A stretch of 20,891 nucleotides of DNA from Pedosphaera sp. (lineage in GTDB: Bacteria; Verrucomicrobiota; Verrucomicrobiia; Limisphaerales; SIBH01): the NCBI GenBank assembly GCA_031414955.1, contig JANOQV010000254.1:1-20891 (forward strand), in the 5' to 3' direction. Positions 7,923 through 18,500 of the stretch are shown here, in pieces. Every line of letters starts with the position of its first letter. Within the stretch, counting starts at the first letter, position 1. The notes under the pieces were generated by a model. The model did not search any database and was not told the origin of the DNA. It saw only the letters and a list, made by a program, of their open reading frames with translations. The position numbers were made by a program, and so were the translations under genes.

Positions 7923-8056
7923 GTCTCGCGAAGGCGGCGAAGGGAGCGAAGGAATCGACCCACGATTGGCCTGAGCCTCGTCCACCGAACAGTGATCCGG
8001 TCTGAGTTGCAAACTGTCCGTCTCCCCCTTCGCTTCCTTCGCCCTCTTCGCGAGAC
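7923..8056. repeat. 30-bp inverted repeat with 9-bp internal periodicity (MITE/REP-like)
   Basis: Left arm GTCTCGCGAAGGCGGCGAAGGGAGCGAAGG (7923-7952). The reverse complement of 8027-8056 is GTCTCGCGAAGAGGGCGAAGGAAGCGAAGG. 27/30 identical with a 74-nt spacer. Confidence 0.85.
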
Positions 8057-8180
8057 TCCCTGTTCAGCCTTTCAACTCGACTTGGAATCCATCTCCAACT
8101 AAAGACAACGGCGCATGGCCCGACACTTTATCAAGGCAATGGCCTTTCACTTCACAACCTTCATCACCCCCTTCCCAGCA

Positions 8181-9140
8181 ATGACTCAAGTACTGCGCCC
8201 CCACTCCACCCACATCAGCGGTCTGCTCCTCGGTCTCTGGCTGTGCGCCGCCGGTGCGACCCCCAGCCGCGCCCAATCGGATAATTTCAACGATGGCAAT
8301 GATGTTGCCTGGAGCCACTACGATCCGCTGGATGGCTTCGGCCTCGCGGGGCTGTTTACTTTCCCCAATGGCGGCTACCGCATCCAGACCCTCACCCCGT
8401 CCCAAAACCCCTCCGTCCTCGGCCCGGGCCGTTGCGGCAGTTTGCGCCCATTTGATTCCGACGCCTTCTATCTCGCGGTCGATTTGGTGGATTGGAACGA
8501 CGCTCTCCCTCAAGCGGTCGGACTGCTCGCGCGCATCCGCACTCCGGGGTTGGGCACCACCACCGGATACACCTTCACTTGGTCGCGCGAGACGGGAACC
8601 AACGACGTCTTCGACATCACCAAGATCACGGGCGAAGCGCCCGACGACGTGCCCACCGTGGGCGACGATCAGTATCACCTCGTGCCCGGTCGGAAATATC
8701 GTCTGGTCTTCACCGGGGAAGGAAGCCGCCTCGAAGGCCGGCTCTATGAACTCCCGGACATCGCCAACGCCCTCGTCACCATCGTGGGCTTCGATACCAC
8801 CTGGGACGAGGGGGTCAGCGGTCTGCTCGTCTATGACAACAGCGGTCTTGGCAACAACCTCACCGACGCCACCTTCGACAATTTCGCCAGCTACACCCAG
8901 GACCGCCCGCCACTGGCCATCAGCCGTCCGGATTTGCTCGGGGTCATGACTGTCTCATGGCCCTACGCGCACCACCTCGCCGGCTTCAAACTACAGTGGA
9001 CCGATTCCCTCGCCCCGATCAGTTGGAACGACGTCCCGGCCGAGTCGGTAGTCCTCGATCCTGCCAGTCCTCAAAACGTCTCCCACCAAACCACGCCATC
9101 CGAGGACGGCCAGAAATTCTTCCGCCTCATGCACCCGTAA
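8181..9140 (+). CDS. Secreted beta-rich hypothetical protein (possible ConA-like/jelly-roll fold) with putative C-terminal sorting domain
   Basis: Signal peptide MTQVLRPHSTHISGLLLGLWLCAAGATPSRA|Q. The mature domain begins DNFNDG and ends ATFDNF, with KYRLVF and G-x-SGL-x-VY, a layout seen in lectin-like beta-sandwiches. GC-rich third codon positions. Start could be 8115 or 8139. Confidence 0.8.
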   Translation: MTQVLRPHSTHISGLLLGLWLCAAGATPSRAQSDNFNDGNDVAWSHYDPLDGFGLAGLFTFPNGGYRIQTLTPSQNPSVLGPGRCGSLRPFDSDAFYLAVDLVDWNDALPQAVGLLARIRTPGLGTTTGYTFTWSRETGTNDVFDITKITGEAPDDVPTVGDDQYHLVPGRKYRLVFTGEGSRLEGRLYELPDIANALVTIVGFDTTWDEGVSGLLVYDNSGLGNNLTDATFDNFASYTQDRPPLAISRPDLLGVMTVSWPYAHHLAGFKLQWTDSLAPISWNDVPAESVVLDPASPQNVSHQTTPSEDGQKFFRLMHP

Positions 9141-9144
9141 CTGC

Positions 9145-9249
9145 GGAGCGCGGGTTTTCAACCCGCCGAAAGCCGCCCACGTCGAGGATCGAATTAATTC
9201 CTGCGACTGCCAAACGGGCCACGCGCTGCGGATTCCAAATCCGCGCACC
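9145..9249. repeat. Inverted pair of 22-nt REP-like hairpins (REPIN-like) between convergent genes
   Basis: GGAGC-GCGGGTT-TTC-AACCCGC (9145-9166) and, on the minus strand, GGTGC-GCGGATT-TGG-AATCCGC (9228-9249). A perfect palindrome GAATTAATTC lies at 9191-9200. May also act as a bidirectional terminator. Confidence 0.75.
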
Positions 9250-9326
9250 CGGGCGCTTCCGCGTATCCCTGCGAGCCAGCGCGGCCACGCCGGGCGCGGG
9301 GCGACGAGTTCCTTGCGCCCGCTGGC

Positions 9327-9545
9327 CTACGGATGCTCCAGCGTGCGGTAGAAGCCCATGCCGGGCGGCGGCGTGAGGTCCAGATATTCCATCAGCCCGT
9401 TCGGCGGCGCAGTCAGCGTGATGATAGTCGCCCACGGACCCGTGACCTCGGCGGCCCGTTGCAAGTCGTAGGCGCGTCCCGGAATGCCCGCCAGCCGGAT
9501 CAGCATCGCGCCGCCCGGCTGGGGGATGATGGCGATGATGTTGCG
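9327..9545 (-). other. C-terminal ~70-aa domain of giant protein (putative sorting/export domain)
   Basis: RNIIAIIPQPGGAMLIRLAGIPGRAYDLQRAAEVTGPW…NGLMEYLDLTPPPGMGFYRTLEHP*. No transmembrane helix, LPXTG, PEP-CTERM or autotransporter barrel. Confidence 0.55.
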
Positions 9546-12500
9546 CCCGGGCAGACGCCCGTCCGCCACGGCCACCCACACATTCGCCGTGGCCGTGCCG
9601 CCGCGACCGTCGCTGATCGTGTAGGTGAAGGCATCCGCGCCGAAATACCCCAGTGGCGGCGTGTAGATCACATTGGTCGTAGTCAGCAACACTGCGCCGC
9701 CGTTGGTGCTGGCGGCACTGACTGCGATGATGGTCAGCGGGTCGCCATCCGGATCGCTGTCATTGTTCAACAGTTTCACGAAGGCGATCTTCACCGGACG
9801 ATCCGTCACCGTGCCGCAAGCATTGTCCCCGGCCACCGGCGCGCGATTCACCGTCAGCACAGCCACAACACTCGTCACGCTGCCGGCCCCGTTGCTCACC
9901 TTGACGGTGTAAGGGCCAGAATCGACCAACGCCACGCTGGGCAGGGTGAGCGCAGCGTTGGTCGCGTGCTGGATGAAGTTGGTGCCGAAGCACCATTGGA
10001 AGGTCACATTCGTGCAGCTCGTGACGACCACGCTGAACGTGGCCGTGCTGCCCGGCGAATTGGTCCGGCTCTGCGGCTGGCTGGTGATGACGGGCAAATC
10101 CGTCTCCGTCACGGTCACGTTCTGCGCGCAGGTCGCGGTGAGTCCGTTCACGTCCGTCACGGTCCAGGTCACGACGGTGGTGCCAATCGGGAACACGGCG
10201 GGCGCGTTGCTGGTCACGCTGGCCACGCCGCAATCATCCGAGGTCACGGGCGTGCCGAGCGCGACGCCGGTCGCGACGCATAGTCCAGCGGCGGCGGGCA
10301 CAGTCACGTCCGCCGGACAGATGATGGCCGGCGGCGTGAGGTCGTGAACGGTGATGGTCTGCGAGTTGGTCGCAGCGTTGCCCGAGGCATCGACCGCGCG
10401 GTAGCGCCGGGTGATAACGCGCGGATTGGTGCCAGTGGAACTGTCGTCCAGATGAACGGCGAGCACAGTCACATCACATGCATCACTCACGCTGCCGCCG
10501 ACGAAGTTCGCGGGCGGCACATCCCCAAGGCACTGCACGGTCACGTTGGGCGGAGCGGTGATGCCCGGCGGCGTGGTGTCAACGACCGTCACCACGCGCG
10601 TCACGCCGTTGGAGTTGCCGGCGGGATCAATCGCGTAATACGTCAGCGTGTGGATGCCGGGCGTGTTCGCATCCACCGAGCCGGCGGTGGTGACCGCCAG
10701 GGTGCCCGCGCAACTGTCGCTCGCCGTCGCGCCGGGATCGGTGAACGGGTCGTGGCATTCCACGGTCAGCGTGGCCGCGCCGGTGAGCGTGACCTCCGGC
10801 GGCGTGGTGTCCACCACGGCGACGGTGAAGCTGCACTGGAGCAGGCGACCGAAGGAATCCGTGGCCGAGCAGACCACGGAGTTGGTGCCGAGCGCGAAGA
10901 CCGAGCCGGACGGCGGCACGCAAGTGACCACGCCGCCGGGATTGCACGTATCGAACAAAGTGGCGGCAAACATGACCACCGCAGTGCCGGCCCCGGTGCA
11001 TTCCACCACCCGGTTGCTGGAGCAGACCAGCGTGGGTTCGGGAGTACTGGGCGTGTCTCGGTAGAGCACGGTGAGGAAGTCATAACTGCTCCCGCCCCAG
11101 GAAGTCCCCGCGACTGCCACATTACCGATGGGGTCAACTGCCAGAGCCGTAGCAGAGTCGTTGTCGTTTGCCGATCCGTTGTAGCGCCTTTCCCAGACCA
11201 GCGTGCCGTCCGCCCCCGCATACTTGGCTGTGTAAGCATCATAATAGCTTTGAGTGCCAAGAGAAAGCCCCGTCACCAGCACGTTGCCGATGGCGTCCAC
11301 TGCGACGGCTGAAGCAACATCGTCGCTGTTCGCCTGACCGTTGTAACGTTTCTCCCAAAGGAGCACACCATCCGCCGCCGCATACTTGGCCGTGTAGTAA
11401 TCAAAACTGCTTCCGCCACCGTCCGAATACCCCGTCACCACCACACTGCCGCTCGCATCCACAGCCAGAGCTTGTACGAAGTCGTGGGCGTTACCCGGTC
11501 CATTATAGCGTTTCTCCCAGAGGAGCGTGCCGTCCCCCCCCGCATACTTGGCCGTGTAGTAGTCGGTATTGTTCCCGGTCGAGGCCGACCCGGTCACGAT
11601 CACGTTGCCACTGGCGTCCACTGCCACGGCTCGACCTTCATCCAAACCTTGCCCTGGGCTGTCGTAGCGATTCTCCCAAAGGAGTGAGCCGCTCGCTGCG
11701 GAATATTTGGCCGTGTAGAAATCAGCGTTTTCTCCGCTGTCGGTGGAAAGCCCCGTCACCACCACGTTGCCGCTCGCATCCACAGCCACGGCGGCAGCGC
11801 GGTCGAGGCCGTTCGCCGTGCCGGCGTATCGCTTTTCCCAAAGCAGTGCGCCGTCGGCCGCCGCATATTTGGCCGTGTAGTAATCGGCGTTAGTCCCGTT
11901 GTGGGAGTATCCCGTCACCGCCACGTTGCCACTAGAGTCCAGCGCAACAGCAATGGATTCGTCGGCACTATTGTCCGGCCCATTGTAGCGTTTCTCCCAA
12001 AGCAGCGCGCCATCCGCCGCCGCATACTTGGCCGTGTAACAGTCGTAGCTGCTCCCATTGTAAGAACTGCCCGTCACCACCACGTTGCCGCTGGCGTCCA
12101 CCGCCACGGCGTTGGCTTGGTCGTACCCGTTGCCCGTGCCGTTGTAGCGTGTCTCCCAGAGCAGCGCGCCATTCGCCGCCGCATACTTGGCGGTGTAGTA
12201 GTCGGCACCGCTTCCGCTGGCGTAGGAATACCCCGTCACCACCACGTTGCCGCTTGGATCGAACGCCACGGCTGTCGCTTCGTCGGTGCTGTTCCCCGGC
12301 CCGTCATATCGCTGCACCCAGGCCTCGGCCACGGCAGTGCCGGCACCGGCGGTCAGGGTCTGGCTGCACTGGTTGGTGTTGCCGCTGGCGTCGGTGGCGC
12401 GGTAGGTGCGGGTGATGACCAGCGGATAGATGCTGTTCGTCACGTCGCCCACATGCGTCACCACCGGCGAAGCATCGCAGATGTCACCCACGCTGCCGCC

Positions 12501-15500
12501 GATGAAGTTGGGCAACGGAATTTCCGCCGGGCACGCCACCGCCACCGTCGGCGGGCAAGTGAAAGTCGGCGGCGTGGTATCAACAACCGTCACCACGCGG
12601 GTCACGCCGTTGGAATTGCCGGCGGGGTCGAGGGCGAAGTAAGTCAGCGGGTAAACACCCGGGGTGTTCGCATCCACGGCGCCACCAATGCTGACGGCCA
12701 ACGTGCCCGCGCAGAGGTCACTCGCCGTCGCGCCGGGATCGATGAACGTGTCGTGGCACTCCACCGTCATCGTGGCCGCGCCGAGGCGCGTGACTCCCGG
12801 CGGCGTGGTGTCCACCACGGTCACGACGCGCGTCACGCCGTTGGAGTTGCCCGTGGGATCAATCGCGTAATACGTCAGCGTGTAAACACCCGGCGTGTTC
12901 GCATCCACGGCCCCGCTAGTTGTGACCGACAGGGTGCCCGCGCAAGTGTCGCTGGCCGTTGCGCCGAGTTCGGTGTAAGTGTCGTGGCATTCCACGGTCA
13001 GCGTGGCCGCGCCATTGAGGGTGACTTCGGGCAGGGTCGTATCCGCCACCGTGAGCGTCGCGACCACGCTGGTCACGCTGCCGAAATGATTCTCCACCAC
13101 CACGGTGTAGCCCGCCGAGTCCGCCGGATGCTGGCCCGTGCGCGTGAGCGTGGCGTTGGTCTCGCCGACGAGCACCGCGCCGTTGCGCGACCATTGCCAC
13201 CACATCGGCGGCGTGCCGCTCGCGCCCACGGTGAAGGTCGCGCTGCCGGGACATTCCACCGTCAGGCTCGCGGGTGCGTTCGTGATGGCTGGCGCCACGC
13301 CGACCGTGCCGCAAATTTCCAAGCCCCAACTGACCAGCGTGCTCACGTCGCCCGGCTCAAGATCGGCTATGAAGAGCGTCCACTCGCCATTCGGGTTCAG
13401 ACCGTTGAAGGAACCGAGCAACGCCGTGCGCGCGTCGGTGTCGAGCGTGAAGTCCGGGTCCGTCTCGCGTCCGTCCGGCTTCCAGAAGCCGGTCACGGGA
13501 TCGCCGGAGAAGGTCACGCCGTAGGAGTGGATGTCATTGGTGCCGCCCTGATCGTCGAGCGTCACGTCGAAGCCCGCGTCCGCGTAGCCGGTGCTGTCGA
13601 TGCTGGTGCGGCCCACGCGATTGAGCAGCACGCTGAAGCCGGACTCGTGGACGAGGTAGGCGTAGAGGTCGCCGTTCCAGCCGTTCGTCACCTGCAACGT
13701 CACGTTCAAGTCGGTGATCGCGCCGATGGGCGAGGCCACATTCACCACGCTCACCACGCCCACGCCGTCGTCATCCGGCACCGCCTCGTTGACGAGAAAG
13801 GAGTGGGTGGACGCGAGCACCACCGTGACGGTGAAGCTGCAACTATTGCTGTTCCCCGCCACGTCCGAGGCCACGCAATGCACCGTGGTCAGGCCGAGCG
13901 GGAAGAGCGCGCCGGAAGCGGGCGCGCACAGGACGGTGGGCGGCCCGGCGTTGTCCGAGGCGGACACGGAGTAAGTCACCGTCGCGCCAGCCACCGAGGG
14001 CGTCTTCACCATGAAGTTGCCGGGGCAAGCGATGCTGGGGGCGATGTTGTCCTGAACGACGCCGGTCACGGGGAAGGCGAAGTCGTGAACTGTGGAATCA
14101 TCCGAGACGATGTGGACGCTGCCGGCGAACGTCCCCACCGTGCCGGCATCCAGCTGCACTTGGAACGTAGCCGCGCTCATGGGCAGGAGATAGGCCGGCG
14201 CGTTCACTGCCGAGTAACCGGTCGGAGCCGCCAGATTAATGATGTTCAGAATCACCGGCCCGGAGTTCGTCAGCGTGATGCTTCTGAAAACCGGCACACC
14301 CGGCAACGTGATGCCGAAGTCCAGGGTCGATTCACCCGCCACCAACGGCGTGCCTCCGGGACTGAATTTGAAGACCGCTCCCGGGTCAGACGTGGTCGTG
14401 CCGTAGGCGCCGTAGAGGTTGCCTTCGGCATCGCGAGCCAGGCTGGCGAGCATGCGCGGGCCGCCATCACCGACGGTATCGAATGCGTGAAGGATGCTGT
14501 AGCCACTGCCGTCCTTGTTCAGCCGATAAATCGTTCCGTAATTGTATCCGCCCGAGTACGTCGTGCCGTAGAGCGCGCCATCCGCGCCTTCGGTCACGGG
14601 ACCGTGCGGATAGGCCCCGTCGTTACCGCCAGTAAAGGAGTGCAAAACCTCGAAGCCCGTGCCGGACTTGTGCAGCCGGAAGACGGTTCCCAAACCACCC
14701 GCCCCGTTCAGACTGGCCGTACCATAGAGGAGGCCATCGCTGCCTTCGGTCAAACGCGCGAGCGGATTGCTTCCGGAAACTTCTTCCACGTCCAGACTAA
14801 CCAGCACCAAGTATCCGGTGCCGTTCGTGCCCAGCTTGAAAATCGATCCGTAACCGAAATCCCCGCCAAATGAGGTGGTGCCGTAGAGCACGCCATCACT
14901 TCCCTGGATGACATGGATGTGCGCTGGCGTCTCCTCGCTGTAGCTCGGAAAGGTGTGCAACACCGTGTGCCCCGTGCCGTCCTTGTTGATGCGGAAGACC
15001 GTGCCTCCGTTGTTGTCGGTGCCCGTGCTGCCATAGAGCGCGCCATCCTGGCCCTCGATGAGTTCAAAGTGCGGATAGAAATCGGCCATCGTGAAGTGAT
15101 GCAGCACCGCGTAACCCGAGCCATCCTTGTTCAACCGGAACAGAATGCCGTAGTCGTTGGTGCCGCCGTAGGAGCACGAGCCGTACATCTTCCCATCGCT
15201 GCCCTCCAGCAATCCCCAGGTGGCGGGGGAACGGCCATCCACGCCGTTGGTCTGGAAGTGATGCAGCACCTCGAAGCCCGTGCCGTCCCGTTCCAACCGG
15301 AACACCGTCCCCGCCGAGTTCGTGCCGTCGTTCACCGATGTGCCGTAGAGCCGCCCGTCGCTGGCCACGATGACCTGCCCCGGCCACCAGGTTCCGATCG
15401 GCCACTCATGAATCAGTTCCAACGAAGGCGTGGACCCGACACTCGTTCCATCAAACACCGCCAGCACCGGACCCAGCACCGTCACCGTGCGGGTCACGCC

Positions 15501-18500
15501 GTTCGAGTTGCCCGAGGGATCGACCGCCGAATAGGTCAGCGTGTAATTGCCCGGCGTGCTCACGTTCACCGTGCCGCTCGTGGTCACGGACAACGCGCCC
15601 GCGCAACCATCCGTCGCCGTCGCGCCCGGATCGGTGAAGACGGCATCGCGCAAGACACTCAGCGTGGCCGCGCCGTTGCGCGTGACCACCGGCGGCGTGG
15701 TGTCCACCACCGTGACGGTGAAGCTGCACACGTTGGTGTTGAGCGTGGCATCCATGGCCGTGCAAACAACCGGGCTGACGCCCAGGGCGAAAAGTGAACC
15801 GGACGGCGGCGTGCAAATGATGATCACGTTCGTGTCGGAATTATCCACCGCGCTGGTGCTGAACGAGACCGCCGTGCCGCCCGGCCCGGCGCACGCGACG
15901 ATGCGGTTGGAAGAGCAAGTGATGACGGGCGCGAAGGTGTCGGCGGCGGGGCGGTAAACGACGACGACGCCATCGTAATTGGTCGCGGTCGTGAAGTCCG
16001 AATCCGATGCGCCGGCGACCACGATGGTGCCGCCAGGAGCAAGCGCGAGTTTGACTGGATAATCATTCCCGTTGGCCGGGCCGTTGTAGCGTGACTCCCA
16101 AAGCACCGCGCCATCTGCCGCCGCGTACTTGACCGTGTAGATGTCCCAGCCACTGCCAATCCCGTCTGAGTGCATCGTGGCGACGACGTTGCCACTGGCA
16201 TCCACCGCCACAGCGCGAGCCTGATCGGAACCGTTGGCCGGGCCGTTGTAGCGCTTTTCCCAGAGCAACGCCCCGTTCGCCGCCGCGTACTTGGCGGTGT
16301 GGACGTCGTACTTTACGTCGGCCCCGACGAGATAGATGTAATCCCCCGTCACCACCACGTTCCCGGCGGCATCGACGGCCACGACTTGGCCGAGAACATG
16401 GACACTGTCCGGGCCTTGGTAGCGATTTTCCCACAGCAGTGCCCCGGTGGCTGCGGCATACTTGGCCGTGTAGCGGTCGAATGAAACGGTTCCGCTCCTC
16501 GAATACCCCGTCACCGCCACGTTGCCGCTCGCGTCAATCGCTAGAGATGCAGGATAGTCATCCGCATTGCCCGTTCCGTTGTAGCGGTTCGTCCAGAGTA
16601 CCGCTCCGTCCGCCGCCGCGTACTTGACCGTGTGGATGTCGTAGTTGCTGGCGCCGCCGTCGGAATACCCGGTCACCACGGCGTTGCCGTTGGCATCCAC
16701 CGCCAAAGCGTAGCCGACATCAACGCCATTCCCGGGGCCGTTGTATCGATTCGTCCAGAGCACCGCGCCATTCGCCGCGGCATACTTGACCGTGAAGAAA
16801 TCGTGGTTGCTGCCGTTGAAGGATGCGCCCGTTACAAACACGTTGCCGCTGGCGTCCACGGCCACCGCGTAAGGGTCGTCCACGTAGTTGCCAGTTCCGT
16901 TGTAACGATTCGTCCAGAGCACCGCTCCGTCCGCCGCCGCGTACTTGACCGTGAAATAGTCAAGGCCGCTTCCAACACCCTCGGAGTAGCCGGTCACAAT
17001 GGCGTTGCCGCTGAAATCCAGCGCCATGGCTCTGCCGACATCGGTGCCATTCGCAGGGCCGTTGTAAGTTTGCTGCCAGAGCAGCGCACCGCTCGCCGCA
17101 GCGTACTTGGCCGTGTAGAAGTCGCGGCCACCTCCGCTGCCGGTGGCATAGCCTGTCACGAAGATGTTGCCACTGCCATCCACTGCCAACCCCTGGACTT
17201 CGTCATCACCGTTGCCCGGACCGTTGTGAAGTTGCGCCCAAGAGAGGACGGGAGCGGTGCCGCTGTAAACCGGCGTTCCTTTGGTGATGCGCTGATTGGC
17301 CGAGTCGGCCACGAAAAGATTTCCGGAAGCGTCCACGGCAATTCCGTTGGGGCCGAGAAAACGCGCGGCACTGCCGATGCCGTCCGCACTGCCGCTCAAT
17401 CCGGCGCTGCCACCGATGGTGCTCACCACGCCCGCCGGAGTGATGCGGCGAATAGTCCGGTTGTTCACCTCTGCGACGAAAAGATTGTTGCTCGCATCGA
17501 GCATCACACCGTGAGGCACATTGAATCGCGCCGTGCCCGCTGGCCCATCCGCGCTGCCGGTGACTCCGGCACTGCCGGCGTAGGTCGTGACCACTCCGGC
17601 GGGCGTGACTCTGCGAATGGTGTGGTTGCTCTCGTCCGCCACGAAAATGTTGCCCGTGCTGTCCAGCGCCAGTCCGGCGGGGTAGTTGAACCGCGCCGCG
17701 CTGCCGGTGCCGTCCGCGCTGCCGGTGGTGAGGACCGCCCCGGCCAGCGTCGTGACCACACCGGCGGACGTCACCTGGCGAAGGGTGTGATTGCCCTGGT
17801 CCGTGACAAAAACATTGCCGGCCGCGTCCACCGCCACCGCGCGCGGATACGCGAAACGGGCCGCGCCGCCCGTGCCGTCCGCACTGCCACCCGCGCCACC
17901 GAGGCCGGCCAGGGTTGTGACCACGCCCGCCGGAGAAATTTTCCGCACGGTGTGGTTGTTCTGGTCGGCCACGTAGAGATTGCCGCTGGGGTCGGTGGCC
18001 AGGCCGGCCGGGGAATTGAATTGCGCGGCACCGCCCGTGCCGTCCGCCGTACCGGCCACGCCCGCGCTGCCGGCGAAGGTCGTGACCACGCCTGCCGCCG
18101 TCACCTTGCGGATGATGTGGTTCTGACGGTCGGCGATGTAGATGTTGCCGGAGCCGTCCAGCGCGATGCCGGACGGAGTGTCGAAGAGGGCCGCGCTGCC
18201 GGTGCCATCGGTGGTGCCGGAGGTTCCGGGCAAGCCCACGAAATTCGTCCAGGCGTAACCGATCAGCGCGCCATCGCCCGGCAGCACCGTGACGGTGAAG
18301 CTGCACGAGTTGGAATTGCCGGTGGCGTCGGTGGCCACGCAGTTCACCGTGCTCACGCCGGCCGGGAAGGAACTGCCCGAGGGCGGAGTGCAGACGACGA
18401 CCACGGGCGAGAAGCCGACCGCCCCCACCGTGTAGCTGACCGGGGTCAGGCTGTTGGGGCTGCAATTCACCACCAGGTTCGGCATGTATTGAATCATCGG

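Larger units (their letters stand above)
10581..15704 (-). repeat. Four DUF5011-type Ig-like repeats of ~231 bp (10581-10811, 12582-12812, 12813-13043, ~15477-15704)
   Basis: Consensus DTTPP-x-VT-x2-GAAT…DPGATA-x-D-x-CAG-x-L-x-V…V-x3-TPG-x-YTLTY-x-A-x-DP-x-GNSNGVTR. There are long identical nucleotide runs between copies, e.g. GGGATCAATCGCGTAATACGTCAGCGTGT in the 10581 and 12813 copies. Confidence 0.88.

Noticed and set aside
11534..11541. C8 tract (also C7 at 2044-2050 and A7 at 20436-20442) as phase-variation sites
   Set aside because: The tracts are short and plausible by chance in 21 kb, the reading frames are intact, and no population data are available.
13314..13811. Giant protein as a subtilisin-like protease or polymorphic toxin
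   Set aside because: Only a P-domain-like module is present. There are no subtilase catalytic motifs, RHS core, toxin tip or adjacent immunity gene.
11058..18251. CRISPR-like regularly spaced repeats (~160-165-bp period)
   Set aside because: The repeats are degenerate at synonymous positions, stay in frame and encode propeller blades. No cas genes are present.
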